Source: Antechinus flavipes (lineage: Eukaryota). Taken from it: a stretch of 64,000 nt of DNA. Every line of letters starts with the position of its first letter. The stretch's first letter is position 1. The DNA is taken from positions 389,670,001-389,734,000 of the forward strand of contig NC_067399.1 of assembly GCF_016432865.1 (NCBI RefSeq). The letters run 5' to 3'. The notes under the pieces were generated by a model that worked only from the letters and a program-made list of their open reading frames with translations, made no database searches and was not told where the DNA came from. This document shows positions 39,183 to 51,058 of this stretch, in pieces. A program made the translations under genes and the position numbers.

Positions 39183-40116
39183 CCATACTTTTTTTCTTTT
39201 ACTTTTTTCTTTTTTTAAATCTATGTTTTCTTTCACAACATGACTGTATATGTATCAGATATCAAATTGCTTGACTTCTCAATGAGAAGGGAGAAAAGAA
39301 GGAGGGAAAGAATGTGGAATTCAAAATTGTAAAAAAAAAATGTTAAAATTGTTTTTACATGCAATTGGAAAAAAAAATTGTGTATGTATATGTATATATC
39401 ATGGAAGTCAGGGTGATTGAAGGGGCATCCCAAGGATGAAATAGTGAGATCGTGGGTCACAGTGAAAAGAAAGTGTTCTAGGGTGAAAGAACTTGGGGTC
39501 AAATTCTGGATCTGACATATACTGCTCTATGTGAACCAGGACAAATCACTTTAAACTCCTTGGACTCTATTTTTCTTATCTTTACTAGAACTAGAGGAAT
39601 TTGGACCAAGATCATGGGATCTCATTCCAACAGATGAATAAATTGAGTCCCCGAAAATTCATTGATCTGCTCATGATAATATAGTTTTAGTGTATCTATG
39701 AAAAAAAGGAAAAAAGAGTAACTGTAAATATTCAGGAAGAAGGGAGGTCTTTGTAAACTATAGTTGAATATTTCCAGAGATAAGATGAAAAAAGAGGAAG
39801 AAAGGGATTGTGTAGGAGGAAGATTAAACTGGCAACGTGGTGGCAGAAAGTAACATAAAAGGGCAATTTTCCACTGACAAATTCTAAAGCTGAGTCACCA
39901 GGATTAGGGTGCAAAAAGATGGAAATTTCCAGAGCAGAAGGCCCTCCCTTCTCCAGAATTTTGTAACATTACACATTCTTCTCCAAACTCCAAGGAACTG
40001 AGAGTAAAAAATCAGAAACTTCCAGTGATGTGTCGAGATCATTAAATAGCTGGTGATACCCAGAAGTAGAACTGAACTTACACAGGTGCCAGCAAGTAAG
40101 GACCTGGCTGTGGTTA

Positions 40117-43100
40117 TCAGAAGCTTGTTTTTAATTTGACTCCTGAAGAACAGGTATGACCCTGAGGCTGTGTCTGTCTGAAATCCTTTTCTTTAAGTAA
40201 AAGGTGTCAGGGCAGATTGCCAGAGCTTAAACTTTTTTTCTCTTCTCTGTGACTTCTGTTGGGAGATAGGGAAGAATCAATGAAGTCCTGTTGGAGGATA
40301 AAGGCTGGCACCCTAGTCTCATCTCCCCTAATACTATTCCTCTGTGGTTCAGGACAGAACTCCAGGACATACTTGTGTCCCTACTTCTATTGTTTTCCCT
40401 ACACTTTTCCTATTCATATTCCTTACCCTGCTGGAGTTGCTTGTTCTGGACTTGGAGTTGTTGGTTCTGTGTGGCCAGAGAAATGGCGTCCTGTAAAACT
40501 CCAGACAACAGGATTCGGTGCTGGAGCTCTCTGGCAGCCGCCTGCTCCTTCCACAGCCCCCGACAAGCCCGGAACACCTGTGCTTTTCATGGGCAGCTTT
40601 ATGGTTAGAAGAATTCCGAGAAATCCCACCACCTATCTATTTAGCTAGGGCTTGAGTGCAGCCTGCCAGTATGAGATGTAGAATGCACAAACAACATCCA
40701 CTACTGACCTGCAGCATGTGGCAGGTCTGGGCCCGGGCTCCTTGCACATGCAGGTCATACAGAGCCTCTAGGTCCCGCTCAGCTGCATCTCGCTCCACTC
40801 TCAGTGCCTCCAGCTTCTGAACCAGGGCTGCATGGTCCTGTGCGATCCGACTCTCAGTGGACAAATCTGGGGCCTGTGATAGAACACAGGTGTTTACTGA
40901 GGGAGAATGAGCCTACTCATCAGCCTTAAAGCTGGAGATCTGGTGCCCATCAATTGGAGAATGGCTGGGTAAATTGTGGTATATGAATGTTATGGAATAT
41001 TATTGTTCTGTAAGGAATGACCTGCAGGATGAATACAGAGAGGCTTGGAGAGACCTACATGAACTGATGCTAAGTGAAATGAGCAGAACCAGGAGATCAT
41101 TATGCACTTCAACAACGATATTGTATGAGGATATATTCTGATGGAAGTGGATTTCTTTGACAAAGAGACCTAACTGAGTTTCAATGGATAAATGATGGAC
41201 AGAAACAGCTACACCCAAAGAAAGAACACTGGGAAACGAATATGAACTATTTGCATTTTTGTTTTTCTTCTTGGGTTATTTATACCTTCTGAACCAATTC
41301 TCCCTGTGCAACAAGAAAACTGTTCAGTTCTGCACACATATATTGTATCTAGGATATACTGCAACATATCTAACATATATAGGACTGCTTGCCATCTAGG
41401 GGAGGGGGTGGAGGGAGGGAGCGGAAAAATCGAAACAGAAGCGAGTGCAAGGGATAATGTTGTAAAAAATTACCCTGACATGTATTCTGTCAATATAAAG
41501 TTATTATTAAATAAAATTAAATTTAAAAAAAAAAGCTGGAGATCTGGGACTAACCTGATGTTTTGCTATTTCCTTGTCCTGTCCCATCCAGCTCAGCTCC
41601 TCTTGGATCTGGGATCGGTGATGTTCCTGGAGCAGCTGCCTATGGGCCCGAGCTAACATAAACTGCAGGGCCACATCAGGGGCCTGTGAGACAGAACCAG
41701 GAGGACTTACATCCTAGTTTTTTCATCTGACCAAGTTCCATTTTCCTCTCCCTTAGAACAGGGGTATTTAATCTGAGATCCATTATATTTTAGATGTCTG
41801 TGAATTTGGATGAGGAAAAAACATTACATATTTATTTTCATTAATTGTTAACTGAATCTTAGCATTTCCTTCAATTATGAAGGTAGGCAACAAATCTCAA
41901 GCTTCACCAGATTGTCAGATTGGTACCACGACACAAAGAAGGTTTAAGAATTCCTGTTCTGGTGATATACAAATGTTTTGCATAATTTCAAATGTATCAT
42001 CGGTATCATGTTGCTTGCTTTCTCAAAAGAGGAGGGGAGGGAAGAAAAGAGAGGAAGAAGTAGAATTTGAAACAAACAAACAAAAAAGAATATTAAAAAT
42101 AAACCTAAAGTTTACTTAGATTTAAAAAAAAAATTCCTGCCTAACTTCCCCATTGGGGTCTATTGGTCTTCCCCAGTACAAGGTTCCCAATTCCAATTAC
42201 TGTCCATACCCCAGATTTAGGGGATTCAGCACTACAGGCAGTGCATTCCTGGGCAATAAAATCATAACTACAGTTTAAGAGAAATGGGAGGTAGGAACTA
42301 AAAGAAGAGGCATTGTGGTCAGACCTCTGTATTGAAGTCCCAAGAACCTAAATCTATATGTCTATTCCTTTATTTACTACTTAGTTAGTCTCAGGAAAAT
42401 AACTTAATCTCTATTGTTCTCGATTTCCTTATCTGGAGAAAATGAGATTGGACTAGATTATCTAAAAGGCTCTTTTTAGCTCTAAATCCTGTGGTCCAAT
42501 AAATGATCACCTGTTCCTGATCATCACCACTCTCACCTAGATAAAGCAGTGGGACTTCCTCTCCCTCTTCCATAACTCAACCTGCTCCTTTGTGATTCCT
42601 TTCCTCCTTTTAGACTTCATGGTATTTATTTTAACCAAATTTCTCTCCCAGGAAGGGACATTACACAATGCCATTTGCCTTCTAGGGAACCCCCATGTAC
42701 TCCCTATAGAAACAAATGAAGCTTTGCCTGTTTCTTGGAGCTCCCAACAGTATAGTTTCTTGTTGCTGCCGGCAGGGATGACTTCCTTCCCAGGTCCAGA
42801 GTTTCTGAAGTGCCTGCTGCCAAAGAGAAATATTTTTATTCTAGGCAAAGACAGACAATCTGAGGAATCCCAAGGAAATAGTGTCTGGCATATAGACTTG
42901 AAACTCACCTTGAAGATGCTTCTTGAAAACAGAGGGAAAGGCCTCTTCTAGTTCTAGCACCTAAATAGGCAATGGGTTGTAATGTAACAAAGCCTTCTCT
43001 CAAGGATGGAGAGATTTTCATTTTAGTGCAAAAGGTTTGTTTTAAGCAATTATAAATATCACTAAGATATAATTGATAACTTTGAAAAGAAAGGATTCTA

Positions 43101-46100
43101 ATGTGACAACATACAAACAACAATAACAAACTTTTAAAAAGTTTAAGAATGCTGATCAACAGATGCCATGATTTATCTTGACTCCAGAGGACTCATGATA
43201 AAACAGGCTGACCACTTCCTGACCAGAGATGAAAAAATGAAGGCCCATATTGCAACACATTTTTGTAGACATGTCCAAAGCAGGTATTTGTTATGACTTT
43301 TAAATGGACTGCTTTAAGGCAGAGGCAGCTTGGTCTAGTGGACAGAGTGCTGGATTTGCAGTCTATAACACCTGGGTTCAAATCCTACAGTGACAAGCTG
43401 GGCCACGATGCCTAAAATACTTAATATTGCTGAGCCTCCTAAGGCAAATTTGTGTAAATTATAAACAGGTTAAGTATATCTCCTTTGTATACTTTAAATA
43501 ACAGGAAATTCTGCTAAAAATTGTTTTGTTTGTCTTTCCTTTTTCAATGGGGAATAAGTGGGAAGGGAGAGAAAGTGAATTCTTGTTAATTGAAAAAATG
43601 AAATTAAATTTAAAAAGTAAGGAATAAGATGATGAGATCAGATGTTAGGTTGCAATAATATTCAGAATACTTATCTTTTTTCCTTCAAGATAAACAAGTA
43701 TCCAAATAAATAGTTATTAGTGTATTGAAGTTTGAGTATAGTGTTTGAGATAAACGCAGGACTAAAAGGAATACCTCGTAAACCTAGGAAGGAACATAGT
43801 AGGGAAACATCTTTCAAAGAAGATGGAGATCTAGGAATACCTTAGGTGGTATATGTACTCCTGGCCATACTCTTTACTTCCCCTTGAAAATTTGAAACTT
43901 GTTACTGTTCACTGAAGTCTTTGACCTCTGATTCTTTGAAACAGAACTTTATATCACAAAAATCCCTGCTGCAATAGAAAATAGAATTTTCCATTAAATA
44001 TATAAAGGAGATAGACTTTTAACATATAATTTACACAGATTGCCTGAGGAGGTTCAGCAATATTGTGTCTTAGGCATGATGGCCCACTTTGTCACTGTAA
44101 GATTTAGAACCCGGATGTTTTAAACTGCAAGTCCAGCATTCTGTCCACAAGACCAAGCTACCACTGCCTTAAAATAGACCATTTTTAAAAAGCCATAGTA
44201 AAGTGTTCCTCTTTGTATCCCTAGTGGTTGCTTGTCCTCTTGCCTACTTCTAGTTCTGTACCAGCTTTGGAATCAAGTGCATTGTGAAAGGATGCTGTAA
44301 GAAGAATAAAGAGCCTGCGCCCCAGAGCCAACTTGTGTGCATTGTGATGAGATGCCCATCTCAAGGTGGAGGAAACTGGAGCCAGATACCTGCAGCTTTG
44401 GAAGCCTGGTTACAGAAGCTCCAGCCTGCTTGAGCATCCTGGTCTCCCAGCTCCGGCTTTGGTTTTTCAGTACCTGTAAATAGCAGGTTCAGTGCATAAT
44501 TTTCAGAGCCCCCAATACCCCACATGGAGGGCTGGTGCCTGGTTCTTTCTCACCTTCAATTCCCTGAGCACCAGGCTCAGCTGAGTAAGCTGGCTCTCCT
44601 GTAGAGCTGTTCCAGAGAGCTCAGAACGCAGGGCCTGAACAGTGGCGTAGCGGGTGTGGATTTCTTCTGAAGCATCCCACAGTGTGGGAGAAATCTGCTT
44701 CCCCTGGCGGGGGTCCCGAACTCCTTCGGCCCCTGCTAGCGAGGCCAGGAGCAGACCCAAGGGGATGGCTGCCAGAGAATACAGGCAGGCAGTGGGGCCA
44801 CTTTAGGTGAGGGGGGGGGGGGCTTTAATATAGTCAAAGAACAATCCTGTCCCCTCCTCCCAACCTCTCTTGCCAAGAATCACACTGAGCAGCCTCTTTC
44901 CACAAGACTAGCACTGAGTAAGAAGCCTGGATGAGGAGAAATGCAGAGGCCGAAGCAGGATTTGGGAGCAGAACTTCCTGGTGACTCTCCCCAGAAAGGA
45001 TTAAGTCTCATTTCCTGTCTTTTTTTCCTACCCTCCCTTCCTTCCTTCATACCTCGGAGATCCAAGAGAAGCAACAGGCTGTTGTAACTATTTCCAAAGA
45101 GTAACTGAGTCATGATCCAAGGCAAGGAGCCGGTATGGGCCTTGGAAGCCTTCCCTGCCAGTACCAGCAATAAGGGGCAGTCCCTACAAAGAGTGATGGC
45201 TAAGGTCAGGCACAGCTTAGGTCCTTGTTATGGGTTAGGGAGAATAACTGCCCCTTATGTGGAAACCTCAAGCTGCTGCCCTGGGCTTCCCCCCAAGTTG
45301 GACTCACAGAGCTTCTGGAAGCTGCAAAACTCTCAGTGAGCCCCTCCACATGCTCTGGCCCAGGGCCTCTTTATGGTACTGGGCCCCAGGCAGGATATTG
45401 TCAAGGTAAGAAGGGAGCAGGCTCTGGAAGAGAAGATGGTTAAGTTTGTGGCATTTCTTCTTAGATTGATCTCTAAGTTTGTATCTCCTTCTCTCATCCT
45501 TTCTGCCAGAGTCCACAGGTTCATATACCTGTCCAAGCCTTCCATTGCCCTGAGATAAAGTTGGCAGCCAGATTTGGAATCTAGGATCTCTGCTTCACTC
45601 GCTCCTTCTGCTACTCTGGGGAAAAAAGGGAAAAATATAAGTTTGACGTGTTTCTGGACTCTGTCCCTCTGCCATAGGACCCTTCAAAGCATTAAATCCC
45701 AGACATAAGAACAAAATGAGCAGGTAACCCATAGTCACATAGACAGACTAAGCCTGAATAGGACANNNNNNNNNNNNNNNNNNNNNNNNNNNNNNNNNNN
45801 NNNNNNNNNNNNNNNNNNNNNNNNNNNNNNNNNNNNNNNNNNNNNNNNNNNNNNNNNNNNNNNNNNNNNNNNNNNNNNNNNNNNNNNNNNNNNNNNNNNN
45901 NNNNNNNNNNNNNNNNNNNNNNNNNNNNNNNNNNNNNNNNNNNNNNNNNNNNNNNNNCCACAGAACAAAACCCAGTAGTAAGGCTGTTGTCAGAATGGGG
46001 AGGAAGGAAGAGCAGTACTAAGAAAAGATATTCACATCCTGGACAAAGTAGCATACTTACAGACCCAGTGGGGACACATCCAGGAAATTCAGGTCGCTAG

Positions 46101-47352
46101 TTCCAGGTAGTAATAAGTCTCGACCCCTCCCGCTAGAAGTGAGCTAGGGGAAAGTGCAAGGGATAAATCTGTGTTGAACTCATAAAAATCTTCCAAATCC
46201 TGGAGAATACTTTCCAGGACTCCTCAATTCCTGAAAATTACTTTTAATCTCTTTTCACCTGCACTAGACTTAGGGTCCGGAGGGAAGGTTCAGAAGCACT
46301 TTGGAGTTGAGTTTCCTCAAACAGCATTGCCAGCAGCTGGAAATTATTAGGGTAGGGGTGGAGTGGGGATTAGAGAAAAGATTGTTTCAGAGTCCAAACA
46401 AATCCAGACTATATGGTAAGACAAAGTGGATTCTTGATCGTCACCTGAGGTACCAGATCCAGTTGCTTGGCTTCTCTGCCCCTAATGATTACAGACACAC
46501 TGTAACCTTTGGATACTGAGCCCAGCACAGCCCGAATGTTCTCCAGAAACTCTTGCTCTGCTTCCTAAATTAATAGGCAGGAGCTCACCTTTTTGGAGAA
46601 AGAAATCATCTATCTCCCTGTTCCACCAGGTCCCTAGATCTTCAGCTTTGATTACCCTAGTCTTTTACCCTAGTCTTTCTTTGTTCCAGCCCATGTTCCC
46701 CTCCTCTCCCCACAACAATATTCTCAAAATTGTTTCAAGAGCAGTATAAGGTATGATGTTAGGAACCAACAGAATGAGGCAAGTGGGACAAGAGCTTGCC
46801 ACCCATGCCCTCCCCCCTTTCTCCCCTCTCCCACTTTCTTATTCTACCTGTGCATGTTCTGGGCCTAGGACTCGGTCAAATGTGAATTGATGCTCCTAGA
46901 TGCAAGACCAGAGTCATGAAGATCATTTCCCATTTACAGCCTCTTTTTCCTCCATCCATTTTCCCCACCTTTCCCGATCCCAACAATACCAGATTCTCAG
47001 GTTCTCCTAGATCTAGCAAGAGCATTTTAGGACCATGTAGAAGGAATCTGAGGCTTCGGGTGTCATGACCTGTAATAGAGAGTTCACTGTAACATTCTGG
47101 TTTTGTTTTTTTGTTTTTTCATGTTGACAGGAGAAAACAGCCCCAGCCTACTACTTGCAGGATTCCTTCTAGGCTTGACCTCTTAGAAGGAATTTCTCAC
47201 CTGCCTCTGACAAGGATGTTGCTTTTACAACCACTGTTACCGTTGCAGATCCAACCTGAAGGGAGAGAAGATAATGAGACCTAGGCTCCGAGCCTGAGCC
47301 AATAGGAAGGTTCGGAGGGCAAGTTTCTGCTCACCTGCTCACTGCCAGCCAT
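40117..47352 (-). CDS. Kinesin-motor-like (P-loop-less) / coiled-coil protein, probable orthologue of mouse E230025N22Rik; 18 exons, one frameshift (about 554 aa if corrected, 219 aa as written)
   Basis: Exons 47352-47335 (MAGSEQ), 47255-47201, 47069-46990, 46895-46848 (EHQFTFDRVLGPEHAQ), 46564-46445 (VSKGYSVSVIIRG), 46336-46259, 46143-46061, 45615-45529, 45423-45308 (frameshift), 45183-45053 (GSLPWIMTQLLFGNSY), 44768-44554, 44473-44390, 42960-42909, 42536-42511, 41683-41555 (APDVALQF), 40873-40709, 40577-40427 and a tentative last exon 40142-40117. All AG/GT flanked; phases match at every junction except across exon 9. Confidence 0.8.
40928..41547 (+). mobile_element. Young 5'-truncated L1 (40944-41531) with perfect 16-bp TSD
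   Basis: AAAGCTGGAGATCTGG at 40928-40943 and 41532-41547; TT/AAAG endonuclease site; A-tail; highly similar to the reverse complement of 2421-3010. Confidence 0.95.
45766..45957. other. Assembly gap (192 N)
   Basis: Run of N inside the intron between kinesin-like exons 7 and 8. Confidence 1.
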
Positions 47353-47619
47353 GATTCCGGAGTCTCTAGGAGTCTACTCAATAATTCATGACCCATCTGG
47401 TGGTTTCAGGGCGGGGTTTGCTATCCCCCAATCAGTATCCAACAGGATATTTTTCAGATCGCCTATGTCTGGTCTCTCAGTATTCTACTTCTGTTACCCC
47501 TAAGTCTTCAAGTTCTCAATACAATTGATTCCACACACATGTCTTCCCTAGGGAAGTAAAGTCAGAATTTCTAGATAAAGAAAAAAAAAGGGGGGGGGAG
47601 AGGAAAAGAGGTTCATCCC

Positions 47620-48060
47620 CCTTTCAATAGTTTAGTTTTCAACATTCATTTTTCTAAGATTTTGGGTTCCACATTTTTCCTCCCTTTCTCCCCGATTTTC
47701 CACAACAGCAAGCAATCTGATATGGGTTACATAAGTACAATCATTTTAAACCTATTTCCAAATTAATTGTATTATGAGACAAAAATCAAGTTTGTTTTGG
47801 GGGCAAGGTCCCTCACTGAGGCAGAGTTGAAGGAGATTTTCTCCTTTAAGGATTTTTAGAGTTTTGGGTCCCCTCTTCAACATCAAAAGGAGGAAACCAC
47901 AAGGAAAGAAAAAGGAAACCAAAAAAAAGTGAAAATAACATGGTTCCATCAGCTTTCAACCTCCATAGTTCTTTCCTTGGATGCATATGGCATTTTCCAT
48001 CCCAAGTCTATTCGAATTGTCTTGGATCACTGCAATGCTAAGAGCTAAATGTCTCATAAT
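47620..48060 (-). mobile_element. L1 3'-end fragment (approximate)
   Basis: Reverse complement resembles the L1 3' UTR pieces elsewhere in the window. Confidence 0.65.
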
Positions 48061-48501
48061 TTTGCTGTTTCTGTGATAGAGGTTCCTATAATTTTTCATG
48101 AATCCCTTAATATTTTGAAATGCTTAAAGTTTTAAATGCATAAGATTACAAAGAAAACAAGTTATACTTAAATGCAGTGGACTTTTTTTTTCCTTAAATT
48201 CAGGAATTTCAGAGTAAGAATCTCTGAACTCGATAAACTCCAAACTTCCTTAAAGTATGAGTTTATGACTCCAGGAAGGTAACTTCCAGTTTTGACGCAG
48301 GGGAAGCAATAGACCAGCCCTCTGCCTGGGGCTCTTTGGCTTTTTGAGGGCCTATTCCAGTTGTGGCAGATCCCTCCTCCTCCTTCCCATCCGGTCCCCC
48401 ACCCTACCCCTTCTTCAAATCCAGTGTATTTGAACTAGTCTTAAGAGCCGCTGGGGAAGAAAGAAATGAGATGGAGACATTTTGTTTCTCAGTTATTAGG
48501 T

Positions 48502-48507
48502 TTTATT
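48502..48507 (-). terminator. Probable CD14 polyadenylation signal
   Basis: TTTATT on + (AATAAA on -), about 145 nt after the stop. Confidence 0.65.
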
Positions 48508-48650
48508 GTTGTTGGGTTTGTTTGTTTGTTTTTTTAAGAAAAGTAGTAGAGACTAATATCAGGTTACACCGCAGTGCCTGGAATCATAAAGCAATCAGGT
48601 GGGGACTTGGACTGTTTTTCTTTCCTCCCCAGTTTTCTCTCCAGCTGCCT

Positions 48651-50724
48651 TCAGGCAAATCTTCTGACCCTGCACAGCAGCACGAAGGCTGCGGTCCCAA
48701 AGACCTGAAAGGCTAGCGGGGAGCCCACGAAGGGCCTGCTCCCACGGGAAGGAACCGACTCTGCACACTCCTCTGGCGCTTGCTCCCTTCGCGACCTGGC
48801 TAAGGCGCTGCTTTGGGTAAAGGGGTTTCCTTCGAGGACCAGCTCGGTCACCTGGTCTAGGGTCGGCTGCTTCGTCAGCAGGTTGTGGCTTAGGTCCAGC
48901 TGCTGTAGCCTTTGTGGCAGAGACTTCGGCACACACTTCAGCTTTGCGTGGGACAAGTTAAGGGATGTCAGGGTGGGTGGCCAGGTACATTGAGTGGAGG
49001 GCGTATCGCGCAGCTCGTTGTAACTGATGTCCAGCCGCTGCACTTTGACCCCCCTCGCCTCCAGAGCCCCGCACACTCCTCCCAGGGACTGGAGGCTGGT
49101 GTTCCTAAGCGCCAGGTCCCGCAGCTCCTGGAACTCCTTGAGGCAGAGGGCCGCGGTTAAGCCACTCTCTCCTATTGCTGGGTTGTCCGACAGATCTAGA
49201 GAGCTTAATTCCTTGAAGGTGCCCAAGTTCGAGCAGGGCACACTGCTCAGGCCCGAATCAGTCAAGCTCAGCGTCTTCAGTCCAGGTTTTAGCCAAGTCA
49301 GTATCGCTGCCATTAGATCGCCCTCTCCAGCTGGCGACACTCTGTTGAGCTTCAAGGCTTTCAGGGCCAGGGCGTGATCACTGGGAGATCGCGGTTGGAG
49401 AGGCGGGTGCGAAACCCCCAGGTCTTCCAGCGACAACTCCTGGGTCCGCGTATAGGTCAGCGCCTGCAGGAGCTGGTACAGAAGTGGGGCCGGCACCTGG
49501 GCATCCTTTAGCTTCAGCCGTTTCAGGCGCAGCGATCGCAGCAAGTCTGCTGCTTGTCTGGGGTCGGCAAGGCCGCCTTTCGGCAAAAAGATATCCAAGT
49601 TGTGGCCGCCCCCGTGGATCTCCACCTCCACAGACGAAAGGCACATCTGAAGACTATTCCAATTGGGTTCCGGGGTGGAAAAATTGCAGAAGCAATTATC
49701 GCCCTCTTCGTCCAGGATACAAATGGCTGAGGATGGCCAGGGAAGCAACAGCAGGGGAGAGAGCAGCAGTAGCAGCAGCGGCAGCGACAACCTCTGCCAG
49801 GGGACCTGGGAATGACATCAGCTGTTTAATCTCAAGGCTAGCTAGTCGGGTGCTGGGGAAAGTGGAGAAGCAGAGGAGCGGGAATGGTGAAGTATTAGTG
49901 CTGAGGTCCACGAGGAGAGCCCAAGGAGGTTGGAGTCACAGATGGGTGTGGCAAAATTTCTCAAAAGAATTTCCACACTTGCCCCATCTCCGAGTCAAGG
50001 GGCAAAGTTTATTGTAATTGTAAAGTCAATTGTAGAAGGCTAAGTTCCTAAAGGATTTAGCAAAGAACCCCGGGCTTGGGACAAATTTATCCAGTTCTTA
50101 AAGTAGATGATATGCTAATTTTATAGCCCTGAGATAGAATTGAGGAGCATCTATTCACTATTGTCTCAGAATTTGGTTGTCACTGACTAGTAGTTTCTCT
50201 TTATCTGTCAGTATTGTTTGTAGGACTATTCTAAAGCCAGAAGATCTTAGAATCTTTGACAGACAGATTGTTAGAACAAAAACACTCTAAGGTGGGGGGA
50301 ACTCATCACTACAGTTTCCCCTAGAAGCATTAGGACCTATTTTGACCTCAGAACCCAGCCCAAAGACTTCATTTTCTCTTTTTCTCAAATATTATCTTTA
50401 CCCAATCTTCTCCCATCCTCCCACTTTACAACCCTAGCTAAACAGCTCCAGACCAGCACTGAAAACTTTAGGCTTTGGGAGAGGTACAGATAGAAAGGTG
50501 GACCCGGAATCCAGAGGATAGCCTCAGACACTTCCCAGGTGTGTCACTCTGTTTACCTCAGGTCCTCATCAGTAAAATCATTTTAAAATGAACTAGAGAA
50601 GGAAATGGCAAGCCACTGGAGTATCTTTGCCAAAACAAACAAAAACCCAAATGAGATCATAAAAGAGTCGAACACAGTTAACAACAAAAGTCGGGGGTAA
50701 AGGAAGACATAGAACACTCACCAT
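48651..50724 (-). CDS. CD14: Monocyte differentiation antigen CD14, 385 aa
   Basis: ATG-only first coding exon at 50724-50722 (CCACCATG|GTGAGT), 916-nt intron, exon 2 49805-48651. Signal peptide, CILDEEGDNCFCNFSTPEPNW N-terminus, LRRs (LSSLDLSDNP, LRDLALRNT, VQRLDISYNEL, LTSLNLSHAKL) and hydrophobic C-terminus. Confidence 0.96.
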
Positions 50725-50872
50725 GGTGGGTCCTGGTAGTTTCTGTACTTATGACTTCTTTTCTGCTTAGAGCTGGGCTATTTGGCTTCTGTCTTATTCA
50801 GTCTTGAGTTTTGAAAGATCTTAGGCTTTTCTATACTGTGTTATTAAACCCAAATCTTGTTTCTCCACCCCA

Positions 50873-50898
50873 ACTTCCTCTCTGTTTAGTTTTGCAAT
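50873..50898 (-). promoter_or_regulatory. Adjacent PU.1-like and C/EBP-like sites in the CD14 proximal promoter
   Basis: GAGGAAGT (50880-50873) and TTTTGCAAT (50890-50898), 150-175 nt upstream of the ATG. Confidence 0.55.
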
Positions 50899-51058
50899 CA
50901 AGGATGTCAGTACCAAGCAGGGCCAATCCTGGGACATGGGGACACCAGGAAAATAAATGCGGGGTTTTCCCCTCAGCTGACTTAGTCCTCCAGTTCTTTA
51001 TTATTCTCCCATCCCTAAGTCCTACCTAGTCTGTTTCTAGTCTGGCTGGAGATAGAAT

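Larger units (their letters stand above)
37900..39400 (+). mobile_element. Rearranged L1 fragments interrupted by a SINE (approximate)
   Basis: ORF2 remnant MTKEEPENIMKGKMDNFYYIKLKSF...SDKGLISKIYKEL; L1 3' UTR resumes after 39185. Confidence 0.8.

Noticed and set aside
42700-42830. Possible extra exon of the kinesin-like gene
   Set aside because: It would need a GC donor and its phases do not fit between exon 13 (ends phase 1) and exon 14 (starts phase 1); the model closes without it.
48363-50017. Plus-strand and alternate-frame ORFs overlapping CD14
   Set aside because: Shadow ORFs of a GC-rich coding exon; no recognisable protein features.
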